Source: Nitrosopumilus sp.
GTDB taxonomy: Archaea; Thermoproteota; Nitrososphaeria; Nitrososphaerales; Nitrosopumilaceae
Assembly (NCBI GenBank): GCA_965223425.1
Contig: OZ245003.1
Location: 928,001 to 992,000, forward strand
DNA length: 64,000 bases
Reading direction: 5' to 3'
The position numbers and the translations under genes are program-made. The notes under the pieces were generated by a model that saw only the letters and a program-made list of their open reading frames with translations, made no database searches and was not told the origin of the DNA. Positions 19,473-30,565 of this stretch are shown one piece after another. How positions within the stretch are numbered: position 1 is the stretch's first letter; every line of letters starts with the position of its first letter.

Positions 19473-20111
19473 TTGATATTGAAACTAGTGGGAATATTAC
19501 AAATCAAATCATATGAAAAAATCAAAGAATTTCTACAGGAAGAACATATTGGAAGAATTTCTAGTATTGATAAAAATGGGTTCCCTCAGATCATTCCAAT
19601 GAATTTTGCTTTTCTAAATGATGCTATTTACATGCATTCTCATGTTAAGGGTGAAAAATTAGATAATATCTCCAAGAACAACAAAGTTGGTTTTGAAGTA
19701 GATAGGGAACTGGAGTTTCTGCCATCTTATTTTGAGGATCCTTGTGATGCATCTTTGGCAGATACTTTGTACATTAGCGTTGTAATCAAAGGATTGGGTT
19801 CTTTTGTTGATGATGGAGAAGAAAAAACACTTGCCCTTAACGGACTAATGGAGAAATATCAGCCTGAGGGACAGTATGAACCAATAAAGCCTGACATGCA
19901 AGTCTTAGATCACGTCACAGTAATCAAGGTGACCACACAAACATTGCATGGGAAATACAAAATTGGTCAGAATGTAAGCCCTGAAAAAAGAATGGACCTG
20001 GCACAAAAAATTCTGAAAAGAAATTCCCCCACTGCTAGACAAACCTTGAAAATTATGGGATTTGAGATCACTGACGATGGTCTAAGAATGGTTGATGAGC
20101 CTGTCTGGTAA
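19473..20111 (+). CDS. Pyridoxamine 5'-phosphate oxidase-like flavin-binding protein (NimA-like)
   Basis: IGRISSID, PQIIPMNF, GEKLDNI..NNKVGFEVD, YISVVIKG and GKYKIGQN motifs. Confidence 0.85.
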   Translation: MILKLVGILQIKSYEKIKEFLQEEHIGRISSIDKNGFPQIIPMNFAFLNDAIYMHSHVKGEKLDNISKNNKVGFEVDRELEFLPSYFEDPCDASLADTLYISVVIKGLGSFVDDGEEKTLALNGLMEKYQPEGQYEPIKPDMQVLDHVTVIKVTTQTLHGKYKIGQNVSPEKRMDLAQKILKRNSPTARQTLKIMGFEITDDGLRMVDEPVW

Positions 20112-20251
20112 GTTAGTTTGATACTGCCATTGCTTTAAATTCAGTTTTAGCCACAGTTTTTCGCCACATTTAATTAATGAAATTCAGTATTTTGTGCCTA
20201 GATTTGTCATATTTTTTATCGGTGTGGTCTGTCTAATAATGCGGATACAGA

Positions 20252-20350
20252 AGACCTTATGCGTAATCGATCAAACTAATATTGCTAGATGATTCTTGTC
20301 TTAGCAAACCAATTTGATTTTGAATTTTTAGTCGATTGCGCATAAGGTCT
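20252..20350. mobile_element. MITE family A, copy 2 (inverted relative to copy 1), 3-bp TSD AGA
   Basis: About 7 differences in 99 bp from the reverse complement of 3220-3318; flanked by aga (20249-20251) and aga (20351-20353). Confidence 0.9.
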
Positions 20351-20365
20351 AGACATGAAATACGG

Positions 20366-20567
20366 ATGCTGTATCTTCTGTTTGTCTTGCGACGTATCTG
20401 GTTGCGCAGCTTTCGCGGAGTCGGCGTGTTCTTTTTGCAAAGCCTGTCGGCCAGCTTTTCTATCAATGCGTACAAGACGTCCGGGCTTTTGCCTCTTCCT
20501 GGCGCGTCCCGGAGGCCATCTGCGCCATATTTTCTGAACCTGCATACCAACAGCTGGACTGTGCGTT
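20366..20567 (-). mobile_element. Internal fragment of the IS630 element
   Basis: Near-identical reverse complement of 21626-21827. Confidence 0.92.
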
Positions 20568-20645
20568 AGTTTGTTGCATAACTTGGATCCTAGGCACGAA
20601 ATTTACCCAACTTTTGACTGGCTTAGGCGTGTTATGCAACAAACT
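20568..20645. mobile_element. MITE family B (~78 bp)
   Basis: Perfect terminal inverted repeat agtttgttgcataac / gttatgcaacaaact; truncates the IS630 fragment. Confidence 0.75.
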
Positions 20646-20717
20646 AGAAGATAAGGCGGGAACTCGCAGGAATTCTTGACTCCTAACATTTTTTAGGATG
20701 CAGAAAATAGAAAGGAC

Positions 20718-20969
20718 ATGTCTGAAACCAAGACCGTAAACCCCTTTGACTTCCTTCCAGAAGACAAGATGAAGATAATCAGGGAAGATTTTGAGAAAGA
20801 TGAAATCTCCAACACCAAAACATTTGAGCAGTATCTAAAAGCACTACATGAAGAAGACGAACTAATCCCAGAAGAGGTATTGGACATCATTGAAGCGCGA
20901 AAAAGCACAGATTGGAAGACATTTTCCACCGCAGAAGAATTGTTAAAAGACTTGCATGAAGATGACTAG
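20718..20969 (+). CDS. Putative type II antitoxin
   Basis: Small acidic protein ending TFSTAEELLKDL, overlapping the downstream RelE-like gene. Confidence 0.65.
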   Translation: MSETKTVNPFDFLPEDKMKIIREDFEKDEISNTKTFEQYLKALHEEDELIPEEVLDIIEARKSTDWKTFSTAEELLKDLHEDD

Positions 20970-21231
20970 ATGGAAGATCATAAGAGAAAACACTTTCAAA
21001 AAGCAATACAAAAACATCGGGCATAAAAGACAGGCAGATGTGGATAATGCAATATGTGAGCTTTCATCATCTGTAAATCCTGCAGATATTGGAAGATACA
21101 AACAACATCAAAAGGTATTCGCATATGAACTTGGAAAAAACGACAGACTGATTTACACCTTGGATTATTTTTACAATAAAATAATTCTGCTTCGTGTATG
21201 TGATCACAAGTCAGTATATGGCAAGGACTGA
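20956..21231 (+). CDS. RelE/ParE-family toxin
   Basis: Basic 91-aa protein: FKKQYKNI...DRLIYT...IILLRVCDHKSVY. Confidence 0.72.
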   Translation: MKMTRWKIIRENTFKKQYKNIGHKRQADVDNAICELSSSVNPADIGRYKQHQKVFAYELGKNDRLIYTLDYFYNKIILLRVCDHKSVYGKD

Positions 21232-21408
21232 TGCAGTCTTTACTGACTGTATTATCCAAACCAGTCTTATCTTGAAACGGAAGAACCAACTGAGTGGACG
21301 GGTATTGACAAATCATATGACAGTTCTGGAAAATATTTTTCAGAAAATACGGATGCAGACACTCTGCAAACAACAAAAAAACCAATCAACAAAGGAGGTT
21401 GATGACTA

Positions 21409-22505
21409 GAGTGGCGATTATAATTAATTTCGCCTCTCCAGACAGGACTGAACAGAAAAGCTTATTGATCACCAGATCAGCTGCAAGCTGTGAACGAAGT
21501 ACAGGCACTGACGGAGGCCATGCGTGCAGAGAAGAACATCAAGATTCGTGACAGGATGCCGGCAGTGCGCGGAGTCCTCATGGGACACTCTACGGCAGAT
21601 CTTGCAGATATTGCCAACGTAGACCAACGCACAGTCCAGCTGTGGGTATGCAGGTTCAGAAAATATGGCGCAGATGGCCTCCGGGACGCGCCAGGAAGAG
21701 GCAAAAGCCCGGACGTCTTGTACGCATTGATAGAAAAGCTGGCCGACAGGCTTTGCAAAAAGAACACGCTGACTCCGCGAAAGCTGCGCAACCAGATACG
21801 TCGCAAGACAAACAGAAGATACAGCATGTCCAACATGCGCAGGATAATGCGCGTCTTTGGATTCTCCTGCAAGACATCCACGACAGTATACGGGAACAGT
21901 GCAGGCGCCGACGAGGTACGACGGTGGCAAAAAGACGCCTCAGCAGTCATTTCACGTGCAAAAAGGCGTGGATTCCGGATTGCGATACAGGACGAGTCGA
22001 TATTCATAAGGATCGGTGAGGACGGCAAGAGGCTGTGGTCGCGCATAGGCGATCCCGTGGAGATAGAAAGGTCAGGACGCAGGGACAAGACAGTCGTATA
22101 CGGGGCGCTTGCAGATGACGGCACCAGACTGATGCGCCTGTATGACAAGTTTGACGGCCCTACGTTTGTGAGGTACCTGGCAGAGGCCCGCCGCAAGTGG
22201 GGCAAGGCGCTGCTGATAATGGACAATGCCGGCCAGCACAAGACGGCGGCGGCAAGAAAATACTTGGAGGATCACAAGGGAGAGATCGAGATACTCTGCC
22301 TGCCTGTTGCCACTCCGAAGCTTAGTGCCATCGAGGCGTTGTGGAAGCAGGCCAAGTACAGGCTGATCACGGCAGCACACTATGACACGCTTGAAGATCT
22401 CAAACACACAGTGTCAGAGTACTTTAGGACATGTTCCATTAAACTTGACATCTACAGGTATCTAGCTCGTTGTGTTTGAGGCGAAATTTTCAATGATCGC
22501 CACTC
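21409..22505 (+). mobile_element. IS630-family insertion sequence, apparently intact
   Basis: Imperfect ~28-bp TIRs (gagtggcgat...aatttcgcctc / gaggcgaaatt...atcgccactc), TA duplicated at 21407-21408 and 22506-22507, palindromic target gacTAgtc. Confidence 0.93.
21490..22479 (+). CDS. IS630-family transposase
   Basis: N-terminal HTH; DDE motifs QDES, IMDNAGQH and PKLSAIEALW. Confidence 0.93.
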   Translation: MNEVQALTEAMRAEKNIKIRDRMPAVRGVLMGHSTADLADIANVDQRTVQLWVCRFRKYGADGLRDAPGRGKSPDVLYALIEKLADRLCKKNTLTPRKLRNQIRRKTNRRYSMSNMRRIMRVFGFSCKTSTTVYGNSAGADEVRRWQKDASAVISRAKRRGFRIAIQDESIFIRIGEDGKRLWSRIGDPVEIERSGRRDKTVVYGALADDGTRLMRLYDKFDGPTFVRYLAEARRKWGKALLIMDNAGQHKTAAARKYLEDHKGEIEILCLPVATPKLSAIEALWKQAKYRLITAAHYDTLEDLKHTVSEYFRTCSIKLDIYRYLARCV

Positions 22506-22636
22506 TAGTCTCAGTCCTGGTTTTGCCGTATCACTGGATCTGCACCACTCCGGACGTACTTTGCACCATCATTTTCTTTATGCCTGATTCACTGCAGAAG
22601 ATTTTTAGTAAATTCAGTTTTCAAGGATTGTATCTA

Positions 22637-24589
22637 TTGAAACAAATATCTGAATTTGAATTAGCATCTGATTATACCCCTACTGGAGACCAACCTCAGG
22701 CAATTGATGAGCTAGTTGATGGTGTTAAAAAAAGAACAGTTCAAACCTTGATTGGAGTTACTGGAAGTGGTAAAACTTTCTCAGTTGCAAATGTTATTGC
22801 TAGAACTGGTAAAAACACTCTGGTTATCTCTCACAACAAAACTCTTGCAGCACAACTTTATTCCGAGTTAAAACAGTTTTTCCCAAAAAATAATGTTGGA
22901 TATTTTGTATCTTACTATGATTATTATCAGCCGGAAAGCTATCTTCCACAAACTGATACTTATATTGAAAAAGACACTCAAATCAACGAAAAAATTGAAA
23001 AACTAAGGCTGGAGGCTACTGCCATGTTGCTTTCAGGTGAGCCTACAATAATAGTATCAACTGTTTCTTGTATTTACTCTATTGGAAATCCTCTAGATTG
23101 GGAAGACTTTACAATTACAATTAACACTAATGATGAAATTAAACGAAATAAGATTATCCGAAAATTTATTGATGCCCGATATGAAAGAAATGACACTAAA
23201 GTTGCACCAGGAAATTTCCGAGTAAAGGGAGACACAATTGATGTTGTTCCTGCATATTCGGAGGATATAGTTAGAATTTCTATGTTTGGAGATAAAGTAG
23301 AAAAAATTACTTTGCTTGATCCTGTTTCGTCAAAAGAAAAACGAAAAATCTCTCAAATCAAAATTTTTCCTGCCAAACATTATCTCATTGCAAAAGATGC
23401 AAGAGAAAAAGCCATCAAGTCTATCAAAGAGGAACTAAAACATCGTTTACCTGAATTAAATGAATTAGAAAACCAAAGACTACAGATGCGAACAAACTAT
23501 GATTTAGAAATGATTGAAGAATTGGGTTATTGTTCCGGAATTGAAAACTATTCCAGACATTTTGATGGAAGAAAACCTGGAGAAAAAGCATTTTGTTTGA
23601 TGGATTTTTTTGGCGATGATTATCTTTTGGTCATTGATGAGTCACATGTGACATTGCCTCAGCTTCATGGAATGTACAAAGGTGATCATTCAAGAAAAAA
23701 AGAACTTGTTACATATGGATTCAGGCTGCCAAGTGCATATGATAACCGCCCATTAAAATTTGAGGAATTTGAAAAATACATTCAAAATACCATATTTGTT
23801 TCTGCCACCCCTGCCGAATATGAGAAAAAAATATCATCAAAAATTGCCGAACAGCTAGTTCGACCTACTGGTTTACTTGATCCAATCGTTGAGATTAGGC
23901 CAACCAGAAACCAAATGGATGATTTAATACTGGAAATTAACAAAAGAGCGGAACATTCTGAGCGTGTTTTAGTCACCACTTTGACTAAAAGAATGGCAGA
24001 AGATTTGGCCGAATATCTCTCAAAAAAACAAGTTAGGGTTCGATACATGCATTCAGAAATAGAAGGACTGCAAAGAACTGAACTAATCAGGCAGTTGCGT
24101 CTGGGTGAGTTTGACGTACTAGTCGGAATTAACCTTCTTCGAGAAGGACTAGACATTCCGGAGGTCTCTCTAGTGGCAATTTTAGATGCAGACAAGGAAG
24201 GATTTTTGAGAAATTTTACCAGCCTTATCCAGACATGTGGCCGTGCCGCAAGAAATGAAAATGGGTCTGTGATAATGTATGCTGACACTACAACGCAATC
24301 TATGAAAAATGCCGTGGATGAAACTAACCGTCGTAGAGAAAAACAAATGCAATACAATCAAGAACATAACATTGTTCCTAAAACAATCATAAAATCTGTT
24401 CCAGAACAGGTTACAACGTTGGATGATTCAAAGCTAAAGTCCACTCATGATCTTGAAGCTGACATTATTGACTTGGATGCGCAAATGAAAACATATTCTG
24501 ATGATTTGGACTTTGAGCAAGCAATAGAATGCAGGGATAGAATAAAAAGACTAGAAAAGGAGATTCAATTAAAAGATGACCGAAAATAA
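22637..24589 (+). CDS. uvrB: Excinuclease ABC subunit B
   Basis: PTGDQPQAI, GVTGSGKT, YYDYYQPE, DESH, GINLLREGLD and GRAARN motifs. Start set at TTG 22637 because the longer track ORF runs into the IS630. Confidence 0.97.
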   Translation: MKQISEFELASDYTPTGDQPQAIDELVDGVKKRTVQTLIGVTGSGKTFSVANVIARTGKNTLVISHNKTLAAQLYSELKQFFPKNNVGYFVSYYDYYQPESYLPQTDTYIEKDTQINEKIEKLRLEATAMLLSGEPTIIVSTVSCIYSIGNPLDWEDFTITINTNDEIKRNKIIRKFIDARYERNDTKVAPGNFRVKGDTIDVVPAYSEDIVRISMFGDKVEKITLLDPVSSKEKRKISQIKIFPAKHYLIAKDAREKAIKSIKEELKHRLPELNELENQRLQMRTNYDLEMIEELGYCSGIENYSRHFDGRKPGEKAFCLMDFFGDDYLLVIDESHVTLPQLHGMYKGDHSRKKELVTYGFRLPSAYDNRPLKFEEFEKYIQNTIFVSATPAEYEKKISSKIAEQLVRPTGLLDPIVEIRPTRNQMDDLILEINKRAEHSERVLVTTLTKRMAEDLAEYLSKKQVRVRYMHSEIEGLQRTELIRQLRLGEFDVLVGINLLREGLDIPEVSLVAILDADKEGFLRNFTSLIQTCGRAARNENGSVIMYADTTTQSMKNAVDETNRRREKQMQYNQEHNIVPKTIIKSVPEQVTTLDDSKLKSTHDLEADIIDLDAQMKTYSDDLDFEQAIECRDRIKRLEKEIQLKDDRK

Positions 24590-27395
24590 ACTAAAGATTC
24601 GCGGTGCACGACATCATAATCTGAAAAATTTAGATGTAGATATTCCAAAAAATAACCTGGTCGTAATAAGTGGATTGTCTGGCTCTGGAAAATCCACACT
24701 GGCCTTTGATACCATCTATGCTGAAGGTCAAAGACGATATGTAGAATCTCTTTCTGCATATGCTAGACAATTTTTAGAAATGATGGACAAGCCAGATGTT
24801 GATTCTATTGAAGGACTCTCGCCTGCAATATCTATTCAACAAAAAACTACTAGTAAAAATCCCCGTTCTACTGTAGGCACCACTACTGAAATTTATGACT
24901 ACATGAGGTTGCTTTTTGCCAGAATCGGAATTCCATATTGTACAAATTGCAAAAGAAAAATTTCTACCCAGTCAATTGAGACAATTTGCGATTCTGTTCT
25001 CAAAGATTTCAAAGGAAAAAAAATCCTTGTTTTGGCTCCCATAATTCAAAGAAAAAAAGGAACGTATGAGAAATTATTTGAGCAAATCAAAAAGGATGGA
25101 TATTCCAGAGTACGCCTAAATGGGGAAATTTTGAGCCTAGATGAGGAGATCCCTCCCTTAGACAGGCAAAAATGGCACAATATTGAGATTATCGTTGACA
25201 GAATCGCCACTGAGAAATCTGAAAGATCTAGACTTTTTGAAGCAATACAGACTGCAATCAAAGCATCAAAAGGAGACGTAATGATTGCATTTGAAAAAAC
25301 AGAAAAAATTTTCTCACAAAACAACGCATGCCCCTATTGTGGTTTAACTGTGGGTGAGTTAGAACCAAGAACATTCTCATTTAATTCTCCATTTGGTATG
25401 TGTAAAAAATGTAATGGGTTGGGCGTTAAGATGGAATTTGACGCTGATTTAGTAATACCTGATAAAACAAAGTCCATTTTGGACGGTGCCATTGTTCCTT
25501 GGAGTGGCAGATTTTCATCATTTAGAAAGCAAGCGCTACGGGCCGTTGGAAAAAAATTTGGATTTGACTTGATGACTCCGATTGAAAAAATAAGACCAAA
25601 ACATCTTGATATTATTCTATCTGGAACAGATGATCTAGTTGATTTCAAGTATCTTTCAAAATCAGGAGATTCCTCTTGGCAGTATACTAACGCATTTGAA
25701 GGGGTGCTGGAGAATCTACAACGTGTTTTTATGGAAACTGATTCTGAATCAAAACGTGAATGGTTAAAGCAGTTCATGCGGGACACTCCTTGTGCTGCAT
25801 GTAATGGTAGAAAACTAAAACCAGAATCCCTTGCAGTTAAAGTAAACAACAAAGGAATTATGGATGTTTGTGATATGTCAATTGATCATTGTTATGATTT
25901 CTTTTCTACGTTAAAACTAACTGAAAACGAGCAATACATTGCAAGAGATGTTCTAAAGGAAATTAAAGAACGTTTAGAGTTTTTAATGAATGTTGGATTG
26001 AACTATCTTACATTAAATCGATCAAGTTCTACACTGTCTGGTGGTGAATCTCAACGAATTAGATTGGCAACTCAGATTGGTTCTAATTTGACTGGTGTCT
26101 TGTATGTTCTTGATGAGCCGACAATTGGCCTGCATCAACGTGATAATGAAAGACTCATTAAAACGCTAACAAAGCTACGAAATCTTGGAAACACTGTGAT
26201 AGTTGTAGAGCATGACGAAGAAATTATACGAAATTCGGACTGGATAGTTGATTTGGGTCCTGGCGCAGGCGTACATGGCGGTAATGTGGTTTTTGAGGGA
26301 ACAGTAGATAAAATCCTCAATGATCACAAATCTGTCACTGGTGATTATCTCAAAAACCATTCTTTAATCAATTTAGAAAATAAAATCCGCAATCGTTCTA
26401 ATTCATTAATTGTCAAGAAAGCATCAGAAAACAATCTAAAAGGCATTGATGTTGAAATCCCGTTGGGGCTTTTTGTCTCTGTCACCGGTGTTTCAGGTTC
26501 TGGAAAATCTACTCTGATAAATGACATACTGCTCAAGACACTACAAAATCATTTTTACAAATCAAATGTAAGGCCTGGAAATCATAAGGAAATTGTTGGT
26601 TTGGAGAACATAGATAAGGTAATTGCAATTGATCAATCACCCATTGGTAGAACCCCGCGTTCCAATCCTGCAACTTACATTGGTGCATTTACTCCTATAA
26701 GGGAGCTTTATGCAAGTACTGAGTTATCAAAAGAGCGCGGATATGCGCCAGGACAATTCTCATTTAACGTAGCTGATGGAAGGTGTTTTGCATGCGGTGG
26801 TGATGGTGTAAAACAAATTGAAATGCAGTTTTTGTCTGATGTTTATGTAAAATGTGATGAATGTAAGGGAAAGAGATACAATTCTGAAACCCTTTCTGTA
26901 CTGTATAAGGGCAAAAATATTTCTGATATTTTAGACATGACAGTTTATGAGGCATTAAATTTCTTTGAGAATGTTCCTGCAATAAAACGAAAATTACAGA
27001 CAGTTTATGATGTTGGCCTTGGTTATATAAAACTGGGGCAGTCATCCACAACATTGTCTGGCGGCGAAGCCCAACGGGTAAAACTTGCATCAGAATTATC
27101 AAAAAGAGGCACTGGAAAAACCCTCTATGTCTTAGATGAACCTACCACCGGCCTACATTTTGCAGATGTTCAAAAATTATTGGACGTATTAAACAGGCTG
27201 GTAAACTTGGGAAATACTGTAGTGGTAATTGAGCATAACATGGATGTGATTAAGAATTCTGACTGGCTAATTGATCTTGGACCTGAAGGTGGCGACGAAG
27301 GAGGCAGAGTCGTATCTACTGGAACCCCCCATGATGTTGCCAAAGCTCCGGGAAGCTATACTGGAAAATACCTGAAAAAATTATTAAAAAAATGA
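24576..27395 (+). CDS. uvrA: Excinuclease ABC subunit A
   Basis: GARHHNLKN, two ABC cassettes ([21 protein letters not shown]) and Zn fingers. Confidence 0.98.
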   Translation: MTENKLKIRGARHHNLKNLDVDIPKNNLVVISGLSGSGKSTLAFDTIYAEGQRRYVESLSAYARQFLEMMDKPDVDSIEGLSPAISIQQKTTSKNPRSTVGTTTEIYDYMRLLFARIGIPYCTNCKRKISTQSIETICDSVLKDFKGKKILVLAPIIQRKKGTYEKLFEQIKKDGYSRVRLNGEILSLDEEIPPLDRQKWHNIEIIVDRIATEKSERSRLFEAIQTAIKASKGDVMIAFEKTEKIFSQNNACPYCGLTVGELEPRTFSFNSPFGMCKKCNGLGVKMEFDADLVIPDKTKSILDGAIVPWSGRFSSFRKQALRAVGKKFGFDLMTPIEKIRPKHLDIILSGTDDLVDFKYLSKSGDSSWQYTNAFEGVLENLQRVFMETDSESKREWLKQFMRDTPCAACNGRKLKPESLAVKVNNKGIMDVCDMSIDHCYDFFSTLKLTENEQYIARDVLKEIKERLEFLMNVGLNYLTLNRSSSTLSGGESQRIRLATQIGSNLTGVLYVLDEPTIGLHQRDNERLIKTLTKLRNLGNTVIVVEHDEEIIRNSDWIVDLGPGAGVHGGNVVFEGTVDKILNDHKSVTGDYLKNHSLINLENKIRNRSNSLIVKKASENNLKGIDVEIPLGLFVSVTGVSGSGKSTLINDILLKTLQNHFYKSNVRPGNHKEIVGLENIDKVIAIDQSPIGRTPRSNPATYIGAFTPIRELYASTELSKERGYAPGQFSFNVADGRCFACGGDGVKQIEMQFLSDVYVKCDECKGKRYNSETLSVLYKGKNISDILDMTVYEALNFFENVPAIKRKLQTVYDVGLGYIKLGQSSTTLSGGEAQRVKLASELSKRGTGKTLYVLDEPTTGLHFADVQKLLDVLNRLVNLGNTVVVIEHNMDVIKNSDWLIDLGPEGGDEGGRVVSTGTPHDVAKAPGSYTGKYLKKLLKK

Positions 27396-28978
27396 CTTTT
27401 GCCATCTCCAAAATCACAATTCCTACCTCTCCTGGAATTTATTTGATGAAAGACTCTAATGAAAAAATTATCTATATTGGTAAGGCAAAAAATCTAAAAA
27501 ATCGAGTAAAATCATATTTCCTAAAAAACCAAAACTACAAGACTCAGAAACTAGTCGAAAATATCTCTGATATTGAATTTGTTTTGACTGACAATGAAAG
27601 TGAGGCCTTTCTTTTAGAGTCTAACATGATCAAAAAACATCGTCCTAAATTTAACATTGAATTAAAAGATCAGCAAAGATACACATACCTTCGAATTTCT
27701 GATGAAAAGTATCCCAGATTATTAGTTGCAAGAAGAACCAGAGATGGAAAATTTTTAGGTAGGGGAAAAATCTTTGGGCCCTTTACACAAGGCAGCTCAA
27801 AACTGCTTACAATTGGCACACTACGAAAAGCGTTCCAAATCCGAATCTGTAAAACCTTGCCAAAAAAAGTATGTCTGGAGTATCACTTGGGAAATTGTGA
27901 AGGGCCATGTGAGTTCAAAGTTGCACAAGAGCGATATCCACAACATGTTGCTGCCTTGGGAGAAGTACTAAAAGGAAAAAACCAAACTAAAATTTTTACA
28001 AAAAAACTAGAAGAAGAAATGCATCAGGCAGCAAAAATCCAACAATTTGAGCGTGCAAAAGACATACGTGACACTCTGATTAGACTTGGCAGTCTACACA
28101 CTAAACAAAACATGGAATATGTTAAAAATTCTGATGAGGAGTATTTTGGTATAGGCATACAAGAACAAACTGCCACAGTCATGAACTTTAGAATGATTAA
28201 TGGTGTAATCCGAGATAGCGACAAGTTCTTTTTTGATCTAGTTGGGGATAACTCCTTTTCAAATTTTCTTTACCAGTATTACTCTACACATAAAGTCCCA
28301 AAATTTGTTTTTGTTAGTACGACTCCAGATGATCACAAATTATTAGAATCGCTACTTTCAGAACAAGCTGGGTTTGCTGTAAAAATTCAGGTTCCAACCA
28401 AAGGAAAGAAGAAAGACATCGTAAATTTAATCTTGAAAAATATTAAATTAATTCACTCCAAAGGCGGCGATCCTGGACTAGCTGAATTAAAAGAAATTCT
28501 AAATCTGCCTGTGATTCCTAGAACCATCGAGTGCTTTGATATTTCAAACCATGGTGTAGATTTTGCAGTAGGTTCGATGTCCAGATTTGTAGATGGCCAG
28601 CCAAGCAAGTCTGGATATAGAAAATTCAAAATTAAAACTGTATCTGGAAGAGACGATTTTGCAATGATTGAAGAAGTTATCAAAAGAAGATACTATAGGC
28701 TATTAGAAGAGAACTCTGAACTTCCTGATCTGATAGTAATAGATGGCGGCAAGGGACAACTAAACGCTGCTTTAAAATCACTCAAATCCCTTGGATTAAA
28801 AATTCCCTGCATATCTCTTGCCAAAGAAAATGAGGAGGTATTTGTTCCAAAGAATAAAGACCCAATAATAATCTCTAAAAACAAACCGTCGTTGAAAATT
28901 TTACAGCACGCCAGAGATGAAACTCATCGATTCGGCGTTGCATACAACAGAGCTATCAGGAAAAACCAGATAAAATAA
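27392..28978 (+). CDS. uvrC: Excinuclease ABC subunit C
   Basis: GIY-YIG (PGIYLM..IYIGKAKNL), ECFDIS, IDGGKGQ and RDETHRF motifs. Confidence 0.96.
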   Translation: MTFAISKITIPTSPGIYLMKDSNEKIIYIGKAKNLKNRVKSYFLKNQNYKTQKLVENISDIEFVLTDNESEAFLLESNMIKKHRPKFNIELKDQQRYTYLRISDEKYPRLLVARRTRDGKFLGRGKIFGPFTQGSSKLLTIGTLRKAFQIRICKTLPKKVCLEYHLGNCEGPCEFKVAQERYPQHVAALGEVLKGKNQTKIFTKKLEEEMHQAAKIQQFERAKDIRDTLIRLGSLHTKQNMEYVKNSDEEYFGIGIQEQTATVMNFRMINGVIRDSDKFFFDLVGDNSFSNFLYQYYSTHKVPKFVFVSTTPDDHKLLESLLSEQAGFAVKIQVPTKGKKKDIVNLILKNIKLIHSKGGDPGLAELKEILNLPVIPRTIECFDISNHGVDFAVGSMSRFVDGQPSKSGYRKFKIKTVSGRDDFAMIEEVIKRRYYRLLEENSELPDLIVIDGGKGQLNAALKSLKSLGLKIPCISLAKENEEVFVPKNKDPIIISKNKPSLKILQHARDETHRFGVAYNRAIRKNQIK

Positions 28979-28992
28979 GAAAAAAGTTTTGG

Positions 28993-29568
28993 TTAGTTCA
29001 CCGTAACACTGCCCACCATCCATGGATGAACAATACAGAAATAATCATAGGTGCCTGCATCCTCAAAGTCAAATGACCATGAGTCTGAGCTTGGCATCAT
29101 TAGATCACTATGAAACACTTCTAATTTTGCATCCGCTGGTGTGCCTGCTGTTACTGTATGTACGGCTGAATCAACATTAATCCATGTTACCGTATCTCCA
29201 GCATTAATTGTGATGTCTGCTGGTGTATAACATTCGTTTGTTTCTTCACATCCTTGAACTCCTGTACCTACTGGAATATCCACTTGGTGTGTTTGTAGAC
29301 TCGTTGGTTCCTCCATGGACATCTCTTTGTCAAGTACTACTGGCTCTTCCTCGATTTCTAGCGGTTCAACTGGATCTGACTTTACTTCTGCGGCCAAATC
29401 TGCAAACGGATCTGTTTGCATTGGCTCTTCAGTTTCAGTTGAAACAACTGTGGAAGGAGCAGAGACTGTTGGAGCACTTTGTAAGGAATCTCCACTAAAT
29501 GCAATTCCTACACCGATAGCAGTAATTGCAATAGAAAATGCAATTGCTGCTTTGTCTATGTTTGCCAT
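28993..29568 (-). CDS. Plastocyanin/azurin-family blue copper protein with N-terminal membrane anchor
   Basis: GDTVTWIN..HTVT and YDYFCIVHPWMVG type-1 Cu ligands. Confidence 0.92.
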   Translation of the reverse strand: MANIDKAAIAFSIAITAIGVGIAFSGDSLQSAPTVSAPSTVVSTETEEPMQTDPFADLAAEVKSDPVEPLEIEEEPVVLDKEMSMEEPTSLQTHQVDIPVGTGVQGCEETNECYTPADITINAGDTVTWINVDSAVHTVTAGTPADAKLEVFHSDLMMPSSDSWSFDFEDAGTYDYFCIVHPWMVGSVTVN

Positions 29569-29871
29569 AATTGATTCATGGCTTGCTATATGGTAAATAA
29601 ATCTAATCGTTGTTATCACGTATGTAATTTCATTTTTACACTCAACTGGGATTTATCATAAATTTACTATTACTTTGATGCTAATTTTTTCTTAAATCTT
29701 GATTTTTTGATATTTTTCAAATATTTACAATATTTTCAAAAATCAATTGAAAATTTCACATGATCGCTTTAATCAAACGTTAACTGTTGTCAATGATGTT
29801 GAACAATTCTTTCTTTTATGAATCTAGTACGTAGTGCTATTACATAACGCAAATGGGCTGTCACCAAGTAA

Positions 29872-30279
29872 CTAACCGTTTTTGGTCTTAAGCTCTTTTG
29901 CATTGATATTTTTTTTGGCTAAATTTGCATCCATGTTGATTATTTCAAATTCTATTTTTAATTTTCTTTGTTTGATTAATTGTTTTATGAATTGTATTGA
30001 TTTTTTGATAAGTTCATCTTCAATTTTTACATTAGATGTAAAATGATCATACATTATTTTTTTATCTAATTTTATTCTGACTGTGCGTTCATTTTTTATA
30101 GCGATGTTACAATTCCCCAAAATAAACCAACATGTAGTGCGATATACTTTGATTGTAAATTTGTCCCTGCCATTATAGATACCTGCATGAATTCTATTTT
30201 GTTTAACTACAGAATCATTGGTTTGGACAACTCATGAAATTCTCTTTGCATTTTCATATGAACAAAGAACATGTTCCAA
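29872..30279 (-). pseudogene. Degraded conserved hypothetical gene
   Basis: Protein-like fragments across frames (EHVLCSYENAKRIS*, LQSKYIALHVGLFWGI, KIKLDKKIMYDH..IKQLIKQRKLKIEF) with a stop and frameshifts. Confidence 0.45.
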
Positions 30280-30340
30280 TTGTCAACCAAAAAGGGGTCT
30301 TTTGTCTATATAATTTGAATACGTCACTTATGATCATAGA

Positions 30341-30562
30341 TTGAAAGATGTATTCATGCTTGAATCCCACGCCTTCTTCTCAAAGATGGTCGATGAACTA
30401 GTAGAGTTCTCCGAATATGATCCAGAATTAGCAGATGGAATAAAATGGCTAGATGATCAAGCACAGAAAAAAGGTATCACATTTTATGATATGGTTTTTG
30501 AAGTGTTATACAAACACGATGTAAACTCTAAAGCAAAAGACTGGCTTAGTACAAGAAATTAA
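30341..30562 (+). CDS. Conserved hypothetical protein
   Basis: 73-aa ORF DPELADGIKWLDDQAQKKGITFYDMV. Confidence 0.7.
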   Translation: MKDVFMLESHAFFSKMVDELVEFSEYDPELADGIKWLDDQAQKKGITFYDMVFEVLYKHDVNSKAKDWLSTRN

Positions 30563-30565
30563 AAA

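Noticed and set aside
20257-20569. Track ORFs of 60-97 aa
   Set aside because: They are chimeric read-through of the IS630 fragment into MITE-A, not real genes.
22472-22636. N-terminal extension of UvrB
   Set aside because: It begins inside the IS630 end; UvrB homology starts near 22637.
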